Below are positions 1-11,125 of a stretch of 64,000 nt of DNA, piece by piece. The DNA is taken from positions 32,001-96,000 of IMG/VR virus record IMGVR_UViG_3300037067_004891; one strand, 5' to 3'. The position numbers were made by a program, and so were the translations under genes. The first letter of the stretch is position 1; each line of letters opens with the position of its first letter. This DNA is from a virus (Duplodnaviria > Caudoviricetes). Under the pieces are notes generated by a model. It did not search any database. It saw only the letters and a list, made by a program, of their open reading frames with translations, and was not told the DNA's origin.

Positions 1-393
1 TTACAAGAATCATATTGGGTTGGTGGTAACAAAAATGAAGTCACGATATGTCTCGGTTTAGATAATAATGATTCAATTAACTGGGTATATCCCTTTTCAC
101 ATTCCTTTACTAAATCTGGTTCATTGGAAGTGGATTTAAAAAATTATTTCAGAGAGTTGCCAAGGTTAAATGAAAATATTTGGTATCAGGTTGCTGATTA
201 TTTACAAAAAGAAATTCACAGTAAATTTCACAGAATAGAATTCACCAAACCATCAGAAGGATTTTCATATCTTAGAATTGACCCACCAAGATGGGCTGTT
301 ATATTAAATATAATTTTAACCTTGCTAATATGTCTTGGTGTAACAGCTTTTGCTATATTTAATGAATTTGATAATGAACTAATAAAAGAGTGA
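1..393 (+). CDS. membrane protein, 5' partial (frame open from base 1)
   Basis: Frame 1 is open from position 1 (LQESYWVGGNKNE...) into the listed ORF; C-terminal hydrophobic helix. Confidence 0.6.
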   Translation, partial: LQESYWVGGNKNEVTICLGLDNNDSINWVYPFSHSFTKSGSLEVDLKNYFRELPRLNENIWYQVADYLQKEIHSKFHRIEFTKPSEGFSYLRIDPPRWAVILNIILTLLICLGVTAFAIFNEFDNELIKE

Positions 394-799
394 TAATAAT
401 CATCTTTTTATAAAACCTTATTATATTTTTTACGTTAAAATAGCTTACATCAAATAAATCTAACTAAGGAGAACATCTTATGAACACAGTTTTACTTTCA
501 GGTGGAAACAACACCATTAAAAGACCTTTTAAGAAAGGTGTTAAAGTTGTAGGTATTAATGGTAACAGCGAAGAATTTGAAGTGCTTGGTTATATTAATA
601 ATCTAATAGTTTTAAAACCTTTAAATGACGCAGCTTTTTCTACTGAGAAGGAAACCCTTACAGAACTTAAAAAATTCGCTTTAAAAAACGGTTATAGAGC
701 AATCGACAAACCAATATTGATGCATTATCGGTATGCAGACAGATACAATAAAAAAGATAAACCCGAAATTAATTAATTCATTTTAAATAAAAACCCATT

Positions 800-1468
800 A
801 TGAAAAAACTTTTTATTATTTTAGTGGTGATTTTTTCATCATTTATTTCTTATTCACAAGAAGGTGACACGCATTTTAATGCGAATGTCACTTCAAATTT
901 TATCTGGAGAGGTCAGAACTTATCTGATAAAATTAGTGTGCAACCTATGATTCGCTTTACAAAAGCCGATTCTCTTTGGACAAATGAAATTGGAACGTTT
1001 AGTTCTTTTTCACTGGATGGTTCTTATAAAGAAGTCGATTTATATTACAAAGTTGCTTATAAGTCATTATATTTAATGGTTACCGATTATATGCTTAATG
1101 TTGACGATGTGTTTAATTATAGTGATTCAACAAATAACATTATTGAAACTTCTATTGGGTATTCATTTAAATTTCCATTGACATTATCTTATAATATATT
1201 TGTCTGGGGCTGTGATAAAGACGAAAATAATAATCAATTATATTCTTCTTATATTGAAGCCAGTTATTTAATTAAAAATATAAACATTTTTTGTGGTGTT
1301 AATCCTTATAAATCATATTATGCCGATGAATTAGCTGTCGTTAATGTTGGTATGACTTTGAGTAAAGAGGTAAACATAAACCCGTCCTATTCAATACCTA
1401 TCAGTACAACTTTAATGTTAAATCCAGATTCGAAAAAATTGTTTGCTAACTTGACGTTTACGTTTTAG
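800..1468 (+). CDS. outer-membrane beta-barrel, TorF-like putative porin
   Basis: Signal peptide, 'SNFIWRG..L...SVQP' and 'EVDLY' motifs, alternating beta-strand pattern, C-terminal Phe. Confidence 0.7.
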   Translation: MKKLFIILVVIFSSFISYSQEGDTHFNANVTSNFIWRGQNLSDKISVQPMIRFTKADSLWTNEIGTFSSFSLDGSYKEVDLYYKVAYKSLYLMVTDYMLNVDDVFNYSDSTNNIIETSIGYSFKFPLTLSYNIFVWGCDKDENNNQLYSSYIEASYLIKNINIFCGVNPYKSYYADELAVVNVGMTLSKEVNINPSYSIPISTTLMLNPDSKKLFANLTFTF

Positions 1469-1620
1469 AAACAATGAAACCACATAGAAAAGAAAAAATT
1501 GACAGTTCTGAATTTAGTAGATTGAGAGAAATTTGTTACAATTATCACAAGTTTCTTTAGACTAAATTCAAAAGACGTATCAGAACTAAAAGACTGGATA
1601 AATAATTAGCAACATAAATA

Positions 1621-1652
1621 AAAAAACCACTCTAATGAGTGGTTTTTGTTTT
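1621..1652. terminator. bidirectional intrinsic terminator
   Basis: AAAAACCACTC-taat-GAGTGGTTTTT hairpin with A/T tracts between convergent genes. Confidence 0.75.
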
Positions 1653-1667
1653 TAACTCTATGATTTT

Positions 1668-1901
1668 TTAAATATCTTTAATATCTTCACATTTCATAAG
1701 TTTTTCACCATATTCAGATAATCCCTTACCTTTATTCCACCCCTTTTCAACATCAGCATAGAATTTTTTACTCAATTCTTCTTTAGTTTTGAATTGTATT
1801 GGTGATGTCACTCCGTATAGTTTTAAAAGGTGTGAAAAGAATTCTCTATATTCATCCTGTAACTTAGATTCATTTAAGAAATCATCAAATTTAATTTTCA
1901 T
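1668..1901 (-). CDS. small protein with capsid-targeting-like N-terminus
   Basis: MKIKFDDFLNE start; TAATATATA motif upstream on - strand. Confidence 0.55.
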   Translation of the reverse strand: MKIKFDDFLNESKLQDEYREFFSHLLKLYGVTSPIQFKTKEELSKKFYADVEKGWNKGKGLSEYGEKLMKCEDIKDI

Positions 1902-2063
1902 AATATTGATTATTTTTTAAGTATATATTAAAAATAAAAGTCTTTAAAAATAATTTTTACTTTTATATTTTTATTAATATTAAATTAAGAATAAAATGTT
2001 ATTTATTTAATATGTTTATTATCATTTAAAATGCATAGTTGTTATATATAAAAATAAAAATAT

Positions 2064-2333
2064 ATGTTGAAAAATATTAGTTTATCAATAATTTTTTTAT
2101 TTATAAGTTTTGTTGTTTTATGTAATCAAAATTATAAGATTGTAGATAAATACACTAAAGAAGAATTAGCAGGTGTGAAAATTATCATTAATAATGATAC
2201 CTTATATTCTGATTTGAATGGAAATTTTACTTATAATGTAAGTGATAGTTCAGAAATAAAAATATCATATATATCTTATACCTCAATTAATTTCCTACTT
2301 TATCCATCTGATTCTATAATAGAATTAAAATAA
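2064..2333 (+). CDS. secreted carboxypeptidase-regulatory-like domain protein
   Basis: Signal peptide; 'VDKYTKEELAGVKI...SDLNGNF...ISYISY' pattern. Confidence 0.6.
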   Translation: MLKNISLSIIFLFISFVVLCNQNYKIVDKYTKEELAGVKIIINNDTLYSDLNGNFTYNVSDSSEIKISYISYTSINFLLYPSDSIIELK

Positions 2334-2363
2334 TTTTTATTTATTAAATTTATTTTTCTATAT

Positions 2364-3245
2364 TTGATGATTATTAATTCATTAAAAATGAGAAAAATTA
2401 CTTGGATAATAGAACAATATGTATATGATGAATATGACCAGAAATTAATAGAAGCTATTAAAAAGTCTGGTGCTTACGTGTATATATATGATTATAATCC
2501 AACTGAATCTGATTTAGAAAAAGATTTGGTAAAAAGATTTGGTAAAGATGATATTATCGTTTTTCATGGTGGGCTTCAGCTTGGTAGAAAAATATCGAGA
2601 CTCCCTCTTTATCCTTGTACTTTCTTAACTATTGAAAATTATGAATGTTTTCGATATTATGGTTATTATGGTAATCATTTATTAAATTCTGATTATTTGA
2701 TGATGGGTTTGAATGATGTTGAAAGGAATAAAGAATTTATCTTTAACTGTTTTAATACTTCAAATGTGTTCATTAGACCATCAAATGGTTATAAATCATT
2801 CACTGGACAGTGTTTATCATTTAAAACATTTGAAAGCGATTTAAACACCTTAAAACAATCATATGGTGGATTAGATTTAAACCAGTTAGTTGTTTTATCT
2901 TCTGAAAAAGAAATTGAAGAAGAATATCGTTTTGTTGTTGTTAATAACAAAATAGTTTCTGGGACGTTATATTTGGATAAAGATAATCGTGATTCACATC
3001 GGGCATATTATGATATAATGTGTGATGATTTTAACGCCTTAAAATATGCAGAATCTCTTATTCCTTTATATCAACCTGATATAGCTTTTACTATGGATAT
3101 AGTTGGATTGACATCAGGGAAATATAAATTGATTGAAATTAATTCATTTAATTGTGCCTCAATGTATGGTGGTAATTACGATAGTATTGTAAAAGCCATT
3201 AATGATTTGAGTTATGATGAATTTGTTGATATATATGGTATTTAA
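2364..3245 (+). CDS. ATP-grasp domain protein (DUF4343/R2K-like)
   Basis: 'FIRP..GYKSFTG', 'EYRFVV', 'MDI...KLIEIN' ATP-grasp motifs. Confidence 0.75.
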   Translation: MMIINSLKMRKITWIIEQYVYDEYDQKLIEAIKKSGAYVYIYDYNPTESDLEKDLVKRFGKDDIIVFHGGLQLGRKISRLPLYPCTFLTIENYECFRYYGYYGNHLLNSDYLMMGLNDVERNKEFIFNCFNTSNVFIRPSNGYKSFTGQCLSFKTFESDLNTLKQSYGGLDLNQLVVLSSEKEIEEEYRFVVVNNKIVSGTLYLDKDNRDSHRAYYDIMCDDFNALKYAESLIPLYQPDIAFTMDIVGLTSGKYKLIEINSFNCASMYGGNYDSIVKAINDLSYDEFVDIYGI

Positions 3246-4325
3246 AAATTAAAATTATGATTATTACTTGGCAAAGTTTATTTTACGAAAATACATGGTT
3301 GAATAAGTGTATTATGGATTCATTAACCAATGAATGTATTGAAAGTGGTCGTGAAAAAACTCAATATGAAGTTAAACTTCTGGTAAACGGTATTGAATTA
3401 GAACCAAAACTGTTAGACGATTTGATTTCAAATGTTGCTAAATACATCGACAGTGAAGCATTGAAAGTAGCTGATGATAAACTAAAAGAAGCATTGAATG
3501 AAGTTGAATGTTTGAATGACATCATCAAAGATGTTACATATAAAATTCGAGATAAGTTCGATATACCCGATTTAGAACATGATAACGATTAATAAATAAA
3601 TTATGACTAAAATAACTGATGAATTTCAACATCTTATAGATAAGATGGTAGAAAAGAATGTGAAAGTGGTGTTTGGTTTAGAAGCCCAAGGACATATACC
3701 AACCATTGAAAGAATACTCGATGAACTGGGTAGTAATGAATATGCTTGGGTAAAAATCGGAAAAGAAATAAACTGGTGTCCTAAGACAGCCTGTTATCAT
3801 TATGTAACATATTTGAGGTCTTTAAATAAAATATGAAAAAAAAAAATGGAGTGGGAATATACGGGTCACCCAATTGCATATGAAACTGGCGAATGGGATG
3901 GTAAAAGAAGTGATGAGGTCATAGCAGTGGATGATATTGGTAGAAAGATAATCGCACGAGTTTACACTGGTATAATGGATGGTAGTGAATTTATAGATTG
4001 GGTTGATATTGATGGTAACATCATAGATAGACCGATTGTTAAATGGTTTAAAATACCTGAATAAATTATTATTTATAAAACAAATAAAATAAATGAATAA
4101 TATTGGAAAACCGAGATATGGTATTATTGATTCTGGATTATTTGGAATCAGAATAGTTTCTGGTATTGTAACTGGTATTCGGTATACAGAAGATAAACCT
4201 GTGTATGAAATATCTTTCGGTAAAAATAAATATTGGGCAACTGATATAACAGAAAAACCAGAAGATTTAATTAAATTTTTTAATCTCGCCTCTCCAGAGA
4301 GAATTAAAGAAACACATGGATTAAG

Positions 4326-4658
4326 TATAAAATATGCAAATAATTGTACACCATGAATGTAAACTATTTAAAAAAATACCTGAAAAATTTATTTAAAAGG
4401 CACAAACAATTGAATATAACTGGTATTGTGTGTAATGTTTGTGGTTCTGACAATGTGAAATCAGAAACAAAAATAGAAGCGAAATTCAAAGTTAAAGGTA
4501 CTGGTATTCATCAAAGAAGATATGACTTCAGAGAATCATATGTTTCTCACACTTGTCAGAACTGTGGAAATGTGTGGAGATAAATATTACACAAACTATA
4601 AAATATGCAAATAATTGTACACCATGAATGAAAACGATTTAAAAGAATACTTGAAAAA
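4326..4658 (+). repeat. imperfect ~62-bp direct repeat (4326-4387 and 4597-4658) flanking a small Zn-finger ORF
   Basis: 34-nt identical core TATAAAATATGCAAATAATTGTACACCATGAATG in both copies. Confidence 0.85.
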
Positions 4659-5063
4659 ACATTTGAAGATAGAAATTAATTTATCTTACACTGGAAGAAC
4701 CGAGGTAAAATTATTATTGGATGATGAAGTTATTTCAGTAGATGCTGCTTCCAGTTATGGTAGTGGACATTGTGGGCCGATGTGAAAAATGAATGAATTA
4801 TGGCTTATTTAAAAATATTATTATCATCGATAAAAAACTAAATAAAAAAGAGAATAATCATGGAAATAATTAAACGAGGAAATCCATAGGGTAAAACAGT
4901 GGAAAGAACCTGCCAACATTGTGAAACTGAAATACGTGCTAAAGCATCCGAATTTAATAAAGGAGGTTCATTATCTGGTTGTTTTTTAAAATGTCCAGTA
5001 TGTGGCTTGCGTATTTTTTATTAAAATAAGATTTTTATATATACCATAAAAATATTGGTTTAT

Positions 5064-5429
5064 ATGAAAAAGATAATAAATTATAATTCTTTCTTAAACG
5101 AATCTAAGAAATCTCAACAGAAGTTTTTTAAAGATGTTGAAAAAATCCTTAAACAGTATGGTGGTGTTAAGAAAGAAACCGAATATAATATTAAATATGA
5201 ATTTACATCTAAAAAATATGGTAAATTCACTGCCTCATTACACACAGACGATGATGATAAAATTTATTCAGTTTTTGGAAGATTTGATGATGAAAAACTT
5301 GTTAAAGACGACCCAAAATTTGATTCTTTCGATTTAAATAAATATAGTGGAAAATGCAATTTTCACAACCGTGATGCTGGATATGTAATTGAACAATTAG
5401 AAAAATTATTAAAAATTATAAAAGATTAA
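5064..5429 (+). CDS. protein with capsid-targeting-like N-terminus
   Basis: ATG at 5064 gives MKKIINYNSFLNE. Confidence 0.55.
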   Translation: MKKIINYNSFLNESKKSQQKFFKDVEKILKQYGGVKKETEYNIKYEFTSKKYGKFTASLHTDDDDKIYSVFGRFDDEKLVKDDPKFDSFDLNKYSGKCNFHNRDAGYVIEQLEKLLKIIKD

Positions 5430-6238
5430 ATGGTATAATCATCACCTTTTTTCTTCTTAAAAATATTTAGTGGGTTTTGTTTAGAGTACAAGAAGTATAA
5501 TGTAAAAAACAATGCCGACAGCAGGTAAAAAACCGAAATTGAAAGCCAATAATTTCCCGTCAATTGTATTAGTTTGTACAGAATAGCATCGTATCCAAAT
5601 GGATTGAAGAACGTTCCTAAAAAAAGACAAACAATTGCTATTTTTTTTCTTCTGTCGCTTATCACTATCACTGTCCATTTGTTTTTAAATTAATTTTTAA
5701 TTGTAATTATATATTAATTTTTTTATAATATAATTTTTACTATTTTTGAAAATATTTTAAAAATTTATGGTTTTCTTTCACAAAAATATAAAAAATATTT
5801 ATATATACAATTAAAAAGAATTAAATAAATTTAATCGAAGCACTATCGTAGTATTTGTACTAACTACAAAAGATAAAGTTTCTTTAGACACTATTATCGC
5901 TTACAGGGATGTGTGAAGAAATTTGTTCAAATGAACATTATAGAGATATTGAAGCAAGAATTGATGAGTTTGCAGAATGGCAAAAACTCAATCACGAAAA
6001 AATTAAAATACCTGATTAGTTGTCTGATGGTGCATACTGATTAACTTGAGTAAAAAGAACGGAATTAGTAATTGAATATTTTTTAGGGCGACTCTTATAT
6101 TTTTAACTAAAATAATTTACAATTAACGAAACTTTGACGTTAAATAAGAAACAAATTATTATGAAAACTATAATAGGATTAGAAAATTTAATATCTTTGT
6201 AACGCAGTTCGATTATGAAAAATATAAAATTCATCGGT

Positions 6239-6556
6239 TCATACTATACAATATAGAAATGTTGTTTTATCACCAGCTTTGGCTTGTTTACTCAATTTTT
6301 GAATGATACTTCTGTCTTCGAGTGTGTTTACAATACTATATCTAACTTTAGGATTAAGAAAAAATTCATCTTTGTTTATATCATCGGATTTAGGTATAAT
6401 CACCGATAATTCCTCATACAAATTTCCATTATATAATAAATATACATTTAATTTATTATCTTTTATTGCAGTTTCTATATAATACGTTTTATCACCAATT
6501 AAAATTGGGTCAGATTTAAAATTTTCTTTAATATATTCTTCAAACTTTTTTATCAT
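6239..6556 (-). CDS. protein with capsid-targeting-like N-terminus
   Basis: MIKKFEEYIKE; TAATATATA just upstream on - strand. Confidence 0.55.
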   Translation of the reverse strand: MIKKFEEYIKENFKSDPILIGDKTYYIETAIKDNKLNVYLLYNGNLYEELSVIIPKSDDINKDEFFLNPKVRYSIVNTLEDRSIIQKLSKQAKAGDKTTFLYCIV

Positions 6557-6897
6557 AATCTTATATATTAAAATAAAACATTGAGTAAAACAAAATTTAT
6601 AAATCCTAAAGAATTCCGTGAAAAGGGATATTTACAGGAATTAAATATAAGGTTTCTTCACCCATTGGGTTTAGCCTTGGCTATCAAGAAGGCCGAGAAT
6701 AATATTGAGTATATTATAGGTATTATAGATTGTCGGGATGATGAAGAAGGTTTTGTTTTTGATATTTATAACAGTGACACAGATAGATTAAAACAATTTA
6801 TAGAACGAAAAAATTTCATCGATAGCGAGATTGATAAAAGGAAAGAAGTTAGGATGAAACTTTTTAATAGTGATTCAGAAATTGAATCTTTAGACTA

Positions 6898-7389
6898 ATG
6901 TATAAACTAACAATAGAACTTGTTCCAGAGACATCATTTTATAATAATGTCAGAAGTGCAGTCACATCTACCGAATGGAATGTAATACGAAGAAAATGTT
7001 ATAAAAAGGCTGGTAATGTATGTGAGATTTGTGGTGATAAAGGAACAAAACAAGGACGTAAATATTCAGTTGAATGTCATGAAATATGGGAATATGATGA
7101 CATATTACATATTCAAAAATTAACTGGTTTAATAGCACTTTGTCCTAAATGTCATCAGGTTAAACATGTTGGCTTGGCCAGAATTAATGGTAAAGAACCT
7201 GATGTTATTAGGCAATTGATGAAAGTTAATAAAATAACTGCAACTGAAGCTGATAATTATATCATCGAATCATTTAAAATATGGGAAAAACGTTCTGATA
7301 AACAATGGACTGTTGATATTTCTTATTTGGAAAAATATAAGAAAGAAGATGATTCCGATAATTTATTTAAAATGAATAGTTTGTTTTAA
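6898..7389 (+). CDS. HNH endonuclease family protein
   Basis: CEIC ... ECHE ... LCPKCHQVKH. Confidence 0.75.
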   Translation: MYKLTIELVPETSFYNNVRSAVTSTEWNVIRRKCYKKAGNVCEICGDKGTKQGRKYSVECHEIWEYDDILHIQKLTGLIALCPKCHQVKHVGLARINGKEPDVIRQLMKVNKITATEADNYIIESFKIWEKRSDKQWTVDISYLEKYKKEDDSDNLFKMNSLF

Positions 7390-7413
7390 ATTAAAAACTC
7401 TACTGGTGTAGAT

Positions 7414-8157
7414 ATGATTGAAATAAATAAAATTTATAATGAAAATTGCTTGGATACAATGGGTCGTATACCAGATAAATTTGTTAATCTCATAGTAACT
7501 TCACCCCCATATAATATGAACCTAAGAATTAGAAAAGGTGAATATTGCAGTAGACAAATAATTAAAGAAGAATTTTCAACAAAATATGATAATTTCGATG
7601 ATAATTTACCAATAGATGATTTTTATAAATTACATTATGATATTTTAAAAGAAATTATTCGAGTAAGTGAATTATCATTTTATGTTATACAAATAGTGAC
7701 TGGCAGTAAAAGAGCTTTTTTTAAATTGATTGGAGATTTTAATGAATATATAAAAGATATTATTATTTGGGATAAAGTTAATTCCCAACCTGCCATGAAA
7801 GCTGGTGTATTTAACTCTCAATTTGAAATGATATTGGTATTGGGTGATAATTCAATATCCAGACAATTTACTAATTATAATTTTAACAGAGGTGAATTAT
7901 CTAACGTGTGGAAAATAAAACGAGGAAAAAAATTATCTAATAAAAATGGTGCAGTGTTTCCAAGAGAATTAGTGGATAAAATAATATTAAATTTCTCAAA
8001 TGAGAATGACATTGTATATGACCCATTCACTGGAACAGGAACAACACAAGAAAGTGCTATTATGAATAATAGACTATTCATTGGAAGTGAATTAATTAAA
8101 TCACAATTTGAATTTGTTGTTGAAAGAATAAATAAAATAAAAAATATGAATTTATGA
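7414..8157 (+). CDS. DNA N4-C/N6-A methyltransferase (beta class)
   Basis: TSPPYN catalytic motif precedes DPFTGTGT SAM-binding motif. Confidence 0.9.
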   Translation: MIEINKIYNENCLDTMGRIPDKFVNLIVTSPPYNMNLRIRKGEYCSRQIIKEEFSTKYDNFDDNLPIDDFYKLHYDILKEIIRVSELSFYVIQIVTGSKRAFFKLIGDFNEYIKDIIIWDKVNSQPAMKAGVFNSQFEMILVLGDNSISRQFTNYNFNRGELSNVWKIKRGKKLSNKNGAVFPRELVDKIILNFSNENDIVYDPFTGTGTTQESAIMNNRLFIGSELIKSQFEFVVERINKIKNMNL

Positions 8158-8960
8158 ATTCACCTATCCGATATTTTGGTGGAAAAGGCACTATGTTTAA
8201 AAATATTATTGAATATTTTCCAAAAACAGGCAGTTATGACACATATATAGAGCCATTTTCAGGAAGTTTTACTATTGGAATAAAAAAAACGATAACACCA
8301 GTTGAAATTTATAATGATTTAGAAAAAAATGTATATTCGTTATATAAAGTCATTTCAGATAAAGTTTTATTTGAACAATTTAAACAAAAATGTGATTTAA
8401 CATATTATTGTGCAGATATACGTAAAGAATATAAAGAATTATTAAAGAATCCTGAGTTATCTATTTTAGATAGAGCGTTTTATTTTTTTTATGTTAACAG
8501 AACAAGTCGAAATGGAATTGGGGGTTTAAGTGTCAATACTATTATTAGAAGAAACATGAGTAAATCAGTATCTGACTTTTTAAGTGCTATTGATAGATTA
8601 CCTGAATTACATCAAAGATTATCTAATCTTATTGTTTTAAATGAAGATGGTTTTGAGTTAATAAAAAAATATGATAGAGAGAATGTGATGTTTTTTTGTG
8701 ACCCACCTTATGAACAAAGCACTCGAACAAGTAGTACTCGTTATAAGTTTGATTTAAATAGAGAAGGTCATATATTTTTTTTAGATACGGTAATAAATAT
8801 CAAAAAAGCAAAAATATTAATAAGTGGATATGATTGTGAACTGTATAATAAATTAACGGATAATAATTTCAAAAAACAACAATTTATTGTTAATACAGTT
8901 GATGGTAATAGAGTTCCAAAAACTAAGATTGAAACAGTTTGGTATAATTATACTATATAA
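8154..8960 (+). CDS. Dam-like (D12 class) DNA adenine methyltransferase
   Basis: YFGGKG, EPFSGS, YND and DPPY motifs. Confidence 0.9.
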   Translation: MNSPIRYFGGKGTMFKNIIEYFPKTGSYDTYIEPFSGSFTIGIKKTITPVEIYNDLEKNVYSLYKVISDKVLFEQFKQKCDLTYYCADIRKEYKELLKNPELSILDRAFYFFYVNRTSRNGIGGLSVNTIIRRNMSKSVSDFLSAIDRLPELHQRLSNLIVLNEDGFELIKKYDRENVMFFCDPPYEQSTRTSSTRYKFDLNREGHIFFLDTVINIKKAKILISGYDCELYNKLTDNNFKKQQFIVNTVDGNRVPKTKIETVWYNYTI

Positions 8961-9191
8961 TATGAAAAAAAGAAAGAAAACCCAGAGGAATAAAGAAATA
9001 TGGTACTATATCTGAGGACTTGTGTCCTTATTGTTATTCTTTCAATTGTGATTCTGGAACAATGTCAAAAAAATTTCAAGCAAAAGTGAAAAGACGAAGA
9101 AAAGCTGGTGAATGTGTAGCTTGTGGAAATAAGACCAGATTTATCTGGCATAAACTGTGAAGTAATTAAAGAAATGAGTTATTTTAACTCT

Positions 9192-9225
9192 GAAACCACT
9201 AAGTCTTTAGTTTAGTGGTTGTTCA
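9192..9225 (+). mobile_element. IS200/IS605 right-end remnant
   Basis: GAAACCACTAAGTCTTTAGTTTAGTGGTTGTTCA, nearly identical to the right end of the tnpB element at 13949. Confidence 0.8.
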
Positions 9226-9516
9226 TTGCAGCTTCTTTTTTAATACCTTTATATTCTGGTTTAGCATACAATGATTTCCAACATTCTTTTGACCAACCTT
9301 CAAAATAAATGATTTTATTTTCATCTGGTACATATTGTATAAATGTCTGATATTCGTAACCATCCCAAGGGTCTAACAACTCGTCATAATTTGGTTCATC
9401 GATATGAAATTCCAATTCATCTACATCACCACTTTGAATTTTTTTAAATACATCTTCGACCATATCTGACCTTAGATCATCAGAGAAGTATGTTTGATTA
9501 TATTCTTCGTTTAATT

Positions 9517-10026
9517 TTAAATGTCTTTTTTTCTCCATATTACAAAATCGTTTTGTGCGCCATCTAAATCTGCTTTTAATAAAACTGACATAATATTTAA
9601 CACATCATCTTTGGATATTTTTTCTGTGAATAAATTTGTTAATGCTTCTTTATTGATAAAAGTTAATGGAGATACATTTATATTAAAAATTGTAATATTT
9701 GTAGGCATTTCACTATAAAAAGTGTTAATACAATAATTTGTCATGTTTTCTTTTATTTTATCGATCTCATCACTATGAAAACAATACACGTTTAGAATAA
9801 CTCTATTGTTGTTTAATATATCACCTGTAATATCGTTTACTTTCATTAAATGTTTTTTCTCATCAAGAATATCAATATATTGTTTATATGTATTAAATTT
9901 TTTTTCGATAGCAGTTTTATGAATATCAGTAGCATATTCCACGTTTGTCAAAAATTCCTCAATAGTAACATTGGGTATATAAAAATTTTCGAATATATTA
10001 TATTCTTTAAATTTTTTGATTTTCAT
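9517..10026 (-). CDS. hypothetical protein, capsid-targeting-like N-terminus
   Basis: MKIKKFKEYNIFE. Confidence 0.5.
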   Translation of the reverse strand: MKIKKFKEYNIFENFYIPNVTIEEFLTNVEYATDIHKTAIEKKFNTYKQYIDILDEKKHLMKVNDITGDILNNNRVILNVYCFHSDEIDKIKENMTNYCINTFYSEMPTNITIFNINVSPLTFINKEALTNLFTEKISKDDVLNIMSVLLKADLDGAQNDFVIWRKKDI

Positions 10027-10391
10027 TTAAATAATATTATTTTTTATAAAGTCATTATATTTTAGGATGACACCTTCATTTGTTTTTTTATCTTTTATTG
10101 TTGCTTCTTTATCATCTATTATGTCATTAAGAATTTTTTTTATATTTTTTCTATAATCTAAATCATCATCAAACTCTTTCTTTCCATAATAACTAATATC
10201 CTTTAATAAATTATTAAAAGATGTTTTATTATTGAAATATTTTCTTAACCGTTTTATATCAACATTATATGATAAATATTCATTTAACAATTTTTTGATT
10301 TTTCTTATAATTTCGGTTTTTAATTTATTATCCATAATGATATATATAAAATTCGACAATATTTTTTAATATATATATAATAAAAATATTA

Positions 10392-11051
10392 TTGAATATG
10401 AAATATGTTAAGGAATTTTTTGATGACTTTGCTGTTAATCCAGCAAAATCAAAAATCATTATAAAATGGATTATTTATATTTCTTTTTTTAGTATAATTG
10501 GTGCATTTACGTTAGGAACATTAAAAAGCGATAGATTTAATAAAATATCTAATATTGAAAAACAAGTAATGATTAATCAACAATATATTAAAGAAGTGGA
10601 TTCTAAAATAACAGTTTTGAATACTAAAGTTGATTCTGGATTTAAATTCGTTAAAAAAGATATGACTACAAATTTATTAACAATTTCGACTTTAATGTCT
10701 TCTTATCAAGGGTTTGTACAAGGTCAAATGGAAATTTTAATAGATTATGGTAAAGAAAATAAAGGTCTATTAAAAAGTGCATTATTATTAAGACAAGAAG
10801 ATAATCAAAGACTTATTAATCAAACTGTGAAATCAGCTATTAATGAATTAAATTCAATACCTGATAATTTGAGTTCTACAAGTTATATTAATGTAAAAAA
10901 AACTGGAGAAGATGATAATTATGATGTAACAATTCATACTATGAAAAATGCGTCTGTTAGTCAGATGGATAGTATATCTGCAAATTTTAAAATTGTTTCA
11001 GTTGAATTACAAGATAATGGAAAATATAAAATCGTGTATAAAATAAAATAA
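10392..11051 (+). CDS. membrane-anchored coiled-coil protein
   Basis: One N-terminal TM helix followed by a heptad-like region. Confidence 0.5.
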   Translation: MNMKYVKEFFDDFAVNPAKSKIIIKWIIYISFFSIIGAFTLGTLKSDRFNKISNIEKQVMINQQYIKEVDSKITVLNTKVDSGFKFVKKDMTTNLLTISTLMSSYQGFVQGQMEILIDYGKENKGLLKSALLLRQEDNQRLINQTVKSAINELNSIPDNLSSTSYINVKKTGEDDNYDVTIHTMKNASVSQMDSISANFKIVSVELQDNGKYKIVYKIK

Positions 11052-11125
11052 GTTTTTATTTGGTATATTGTTTTTATTTTTTATTTTTGTCTCATTATTT
11101 TTACACACTCATAATTTCAAAACAA

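Noticed and set aside
5800-6235. Possible ncRNA in long ORF-free gap
   Set aside because: No convincing helices; reads like decayed coding sequence next to an IS-end remnant
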